Assembly: GCA_002633005.1 (NCBI GenBank)
Contig: NMRA01000063.1
Span: 62,001 to 126,000 of the forward strand
From: Phoronis australis
Lineage: Eukaryota > Animalia > Phoronida
Reading direction: 5' to 3'
Length of the DNA: 64,000 nucleotides
Below are positions 1 to 64,000 of this stretch, one piece after another. The position numbers and the translations under genes are program-made. The notes under the pieces are model-generated. The model was not told where the DNA came from. It saw nothing but the letters and a program-made list of their open reading frames with translations, and ran no database searches. Positions within the stretch are counted from its first letter, which is position 1, and each line of letters begins with the position of its first letter.

Positions 1-779
1 GGTCACACTTGCCTGTTTAGCAGTCTCTGTAAGGAGTAGTCAAACTTTCCTCCAAACGTTACAGAGTATATATCTTGTTTCAGAGAACGGGATGGAAAAG
101 TCTTTTTTAGCATCTGTTAATAGACCAAAACCAGGTTTGGTATCCTATTAACACACAATATGTGAAATAAGTGAAATTCTATTTTGTCAAATTTTCCCAC
201 AAATAAAAAGATTAAGAAAAGTTTTAGTCTACTACTAGCAAGGTAGGTATGGTGTAGATGTCATATAACAATTTTTGGTGAATTTTCTATTATTTGCAGT
301 AATCAACCTTTGAAAAATGGAAAAAAGACAATTTTGAAAATTATTTTTGTCAAACACAAGTGAAGAATTATCATACTACGGTTTGCATTATTTTTGTACC
401 AATCCTTTTAAGATACCAAAACTTTTCTGTTCCTCTGATCACCATAGGAAAATCATACAGGGTCACTTAAAGGGGTGCAGCATTTTGAGGCTCAGTTTTC
501 TCCACAAAATAATGGGCATCAGATTGGTTCTCAAAATCCAGGACCTCTATCACCCCGACATATATTGCATACAAACTAAGCAGTATTCCTCAGACTCGGT
601 AAGAAGTCTAGCAATGGGCAAACATAACTCTGTTCTGCCTCCATCAACGATGTTGAAACACAGTACCAAGCTTATGGGTACTCTCCTTATTTTGCACAAT
701 TTTCAAAGGCCGATTACCTTGCTGCAAATAACAGAAACATTTCCAAATGCTGTTTTATTGCATCAACTCTAGTTGTTTT

Positions 780-1080
780 ACTTCAGGTATTCAATGTTGG
801 CTTCAGTTCCGTTCAATGTATGCAACTCATTTTTTGGCTTCAGTTCCGTTCAATGTATGCAAATCATTTTTTGGCTTCAGTTCCATTCAATGTACGCAAA
901 CCATTTTTTGGCTTCAGTTCCATTCAACGAATGCAAACCATTTTTTGGCTTCAGTTACATTCAATCTATGCATACCATTTTTTTGGCTTCAGTTCCATTA
1001 AATGGATGCATACTCCAGTTTTTGGCTTCAGTTCCATTAAATGTATGCATACCAGTTTTTTGGCTTCAGTTCCATTCATT
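780..1080. repeat. ~39-bp minisatellite
   Basis: Repeated ttttttggcttcagttccattcaatgtatgcaaacca, ~8 diverged copies. Confidence 0.9.
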
Positions 1081-1966
1081 ATGCGTGTCGGATGTTTTGA
1101 CAACACCCCAGCAGCTTTCCGGTAGGCGTTGTATTTATGCATCTGACGGGTGACATTCTTCTCATAGTTAGCCAATTCTAAAATTGATACAGGATAGATT
1201 GTACATACCACCCAGTCCTTGATACAGAATAGATTGTACAAACCACCCAGTCCTTGGTCAGCAAAAATACATCAATTTACAGATTATTAGAATAACAAGG
1301 CTGGAAGATATGTATGATGTTCAAGCTGATTGTAATTTTATTTAATATGGCAATGTACAATAACGGGATGGAAACAATTCCTGAAGCAGACTGCTACAAT
1401 CCCAAAACTTCAGTCCTGGACCACCCAACATAAACCATCAGGACAAATTCACAGACCCGCACATTTAACAATACAAATGCACCGAAAATGCCCCTAACCC
1501 AGAAACCAAACTACAGTCCCTGGGATCAGAATCCATGGCCGCACATCTAGTCCGAAGCTGCATTGAGAAGATTTCGGCACATCACAATTCCACTGGTTTT
1601 AGGATGAATGAACCTCCCGACTGGAAGATTTTGCTTTCTTATATCTGGAGATCAATTATTGTTATCCTAAAAAAATTAAACCAAAGACGGATTTTGGAAT
1701 CCCCCTACATACATGACCAAAAGATAAAAATGCCGTGGGCACACTGATAAAATGGCCTAATGGTATATTGGTTAATGGTAACTTTTGGTTGCAAAAGATA
1801 TTTTTAAAAGGATCTCGGAGGTTTCTTGCATCTTGTTTGATTGTATTTCAGCGGAGAAAAGGAAATCAAGTTTGTCAAAAAGAATCTGTCAATAGTGCTG
1901 TAAAGTGAAAGTGATACCAGCTCACCAGGGTACCAGTAAACATGGTTGGCTACTTTGGAACAAAAC

Positions 1967-2066
1967 TGTGTGTGTGTGTGTGTGTGCCTGTGTGTGTGTG
2001 TGCCTCTGTGTGTGTGTGCCTGTGTCTGTGTGTGCCTGTGTCTGTGTGTGCCTGTGTGTGTGTGTG
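1967..2066. repeat. (TG)n compound microsatellite
   Basis: tgtgtg runs interrupted by cc/ct. Confidence 0.95.
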
Positions 2067-2111
2067 ATTTACCAAGCAGCTACCTGTATGTCGACCATAG
2101 TCTCTATACAG

Positions 2112-2714
2112 CTGGGTATGACACTTCGGACTAGAAATTCCACGGGTGCTTTACTTTAGCAGTCCATAGCAAACACAAAACTCAATAAATTTACACGAAA
2201 CAGAGGTTCAACAAACCATGAAGAATTATTGTTTCTCCCAATACCATTCACAATGTCCTGTTCCGGCGACTTCGTAAGAAATTCGCAGTCAAAGAACAAA
2301 AATGTTCACAAAAAGCCCCCACACACTTTCATCGTGGGCCGCTCGAGGTCAAGGACGGTATAGAAATTGCCGGTTTGTCGCGTAAAGTCACGATGTCGAT
2401 AATTAGACACTTAGCCGCCAGTAGAAAAACTATTGAGTACTTCCGTAACTCACCGGCAATTTCCGTACCGTCCTTGATCTCGAGCGGCCCACGATGAAAG
2501 TGTGTGTGGGCTTTTTGTGAACATTTTTGTAATTTGACTGCGAATTTCTTACGAAGTCGCCGGAACAGGACACCGTGAATGGTATTGGGAGAAAGAACAA
2601 ATCTTCATGGTTTGTCGAACCTCTGTTTTGTGTAAATTTGTTGAGTTTTATATTTGCTATGGACGGCTGAAGTGAAGCACCCGAGGAATTTCTAGTCGGG
2701 AGTGTCATACCTTG
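2112..2714. mobile_element. Foldback MITE with ~260-bp inverted arms
   Basis: 2112-2374 (ggtatgacacttcggactagaaattcc...gaaattgccggt) is the diverged reverse complement of 2452-2714; spacer ~77 bp. Confidence 0.85.
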
Positions 2715-2748
2715 TAGTATTATAACGCCTGTGGCTACACTAACACTA

Positions 2749-3568
2749 CAGTCAAGTGACCTAATTATCGGACGTTTTGGCACATTTTGCATTATATTTA
2801 AATGAAAATACTACGGCTTGTTGTAAATTATTTGCTGAAATAAAGATTTACCTTCACAGAATTGTTCTGTTACTATATCTTATCACTGAAAGCCACATTT
2901 GTGTTTCGACTGATCTTCAAAAAACACAACAACCAAACCTTCGGAGAACCTAAATATCGGACACCATGTTTCTCCATACGCCACACCGCGGAAAACTGAC
3001 TAACCATGTAATGGCCGCGGGCACCTTGTCGCCAAGTTTCAGCTCGAGTGTTTTGACATATATGCTGCTAGAACCCAGGTCCATTCGCAACAAAAAATCC
3101 ATAAAATGAAATCTGATGACGGCGCCAAGTCGTTTCGATGAATTAGTGCAGACGACTAAAGCACGTGCAAACTCACTGCAGTTTTTAGTATCACTTAGGC
3201 TTCTTGATATGACACCCGCACGTGCGCGGTCAGGGTTTGACTTGAGTTTAAAAACAAACGAAAAAATGGAACAGTGACATATTGTCAGTTCAATGAGATA
3301 GTGTCATTGTGGAAAAAGATTTTATTTTCAACTTTTATAACCGATTTATGCGATCGTCCATTTTAGGCCGACTTGGGGGTCTAAATTGCACCCTCTCTCG
3401 GTGAAATCAAAACGAGGCAACGCTGTAAAAAACGAGATGGTGCCGAACATTGAATGCATTACAACGGAACAAAAATTGGTGTCATTTAATTCTCAGATTA
3501 TGCTTCAAGTAAGATTCTATGAAATGTCCGATATTTAGGTTCCGTCCGATAATTAGGTACACTAAGTG
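2749..3568. mobile_element. Non-autonomous Tc1/mariner-like element
   Basis: ta|cagtcaagtgacctaattatcggacg ... cgtccgataattaggtacactaagtg|ta; TA flanks; internal copies of acctaaatatcggac at ~2948 and ~3525. Confidence 0.8.
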
Positions 3569-4101
3569 TAAGTCTAAGCAACAGAAGCAAGAACAAAAGA
3601 CATTTGTTTCGTCTTCAGTATCGTGAACAAAAATGAAATTAACCATGATATTAATGCAGCTTTTGATTACCTACCCAGTAAAAATTCACAAAAATCAGAA
3701 TTGACATTCTCAGACGTTGGAGCTTTTCTTTTGCTCATTTTGTAAACAAAAGGATAGTTAAAGGGACACCAAAATATTTCAAAATGGCGCTTTAAATTAC
3801 CCACAATGCACATTGCTGCAACAGTTTTATGCAAATATTGAAACTATGGAGAAGTTTTGTGTAACAATTCAATATACTTACGAATTTATCAGTAAAATTC
3901 ACACATATAACGCAACATATACATATGTATGACTGAAGAAATGAATTGGGAATGCTGACCCGGATATGACGTTAACCTTGTGAGGTCAAGCGAGTAGCGG
4001 GACTCTATATAAAAATTTTATACGACGTGTCAAGATCTTTCGTCGTTTTTTAGTGTGGAAGGATAATTTTTTCTTGTTAATTTATTGTCTTTGTTGCTAG
4101 A

Positions 4102-63629
<59,528 letters not shown>

Positions 63630-64000
63630 GTATGTACTCTTTTGGTTTTGATGGAAAGTGTGACCTTTTCACAGGTTAAATACTTTTGCATTAGAATGAT
63701 TGAAGCTCCAGCCAAAAGTCAAGGCTTGGAATTTTCCACGGAATTTCCGCTTTTTTCGTTTAGTCCCTCCGCGTATTTTCGTTATATTTCCGCGGAAAAA
63801 AAATCAGATTTGCCATAAAATTATCGCGGCAAATTGGTTTCTCACCGCGGCGTTGCCGACGGCTCGAAAAGCAGAAACTGCTCTTTATGTTTCGGAGGAA
63901 CGAAAATTGTAATTGCGGATCACAGGCGCTCGAATTTCCCGGTGACTCGTAACCATATACAAGAAACATGCTGTCTTAATAGTGAGTGATGTCAGTGGCA

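Noticed and set aside
347-772. 141-aa ORF
   Set aside because: Non-ATG start, no recognisable domain and no clear splice context.
747-1241. Overlapping repetitive ORFs (also 1905-2159, 7927-8159, 54703-55222, 57616-58020, 60707-61204)
   Set aside because: They are translations of mini/microsatellites, open in several frames and strands, with no protein family signature.

Overview
AT-rich, repeat-dense eukaryotic genomic DNA. It is most likely from an invertebrate bilaterian (inferred from gene structure and repeat style; taxon not determined). The window holds one protein-coding gene on the + strand: glutamine:fructose-6-phosphate amidotransferase (GFAT/GFPT). It was reconstructed by hand from 13 phase-consistent GT-AG exons. 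The start exon (ATG TGC G, 4102-4108) is separated from exon 2 by a ~33.6-kb intron, and the gene runs off the right edge before its last exons. In the intron after the 'HIPVLYSK' exon there are three frame-preserving candidate microexons (15, 9 and 30 nt; 54 nt / 18 aa together), at the position where mammalian GFPT1 carries its 54-nt muscle-specific exon. That intron also contains a TGCATG cluster and several kb of nested Helentron/DINE-like elements whose ~145-160-bp internal monomers each carry a CTCF-like motif. Other introns contain non-autonomous Tc1/mariner-like, Kolobok-like and foldback elements, a decayed THAP domain and many minisatellites. Almost all supplied ORFs are spurious. 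No database searches were run.
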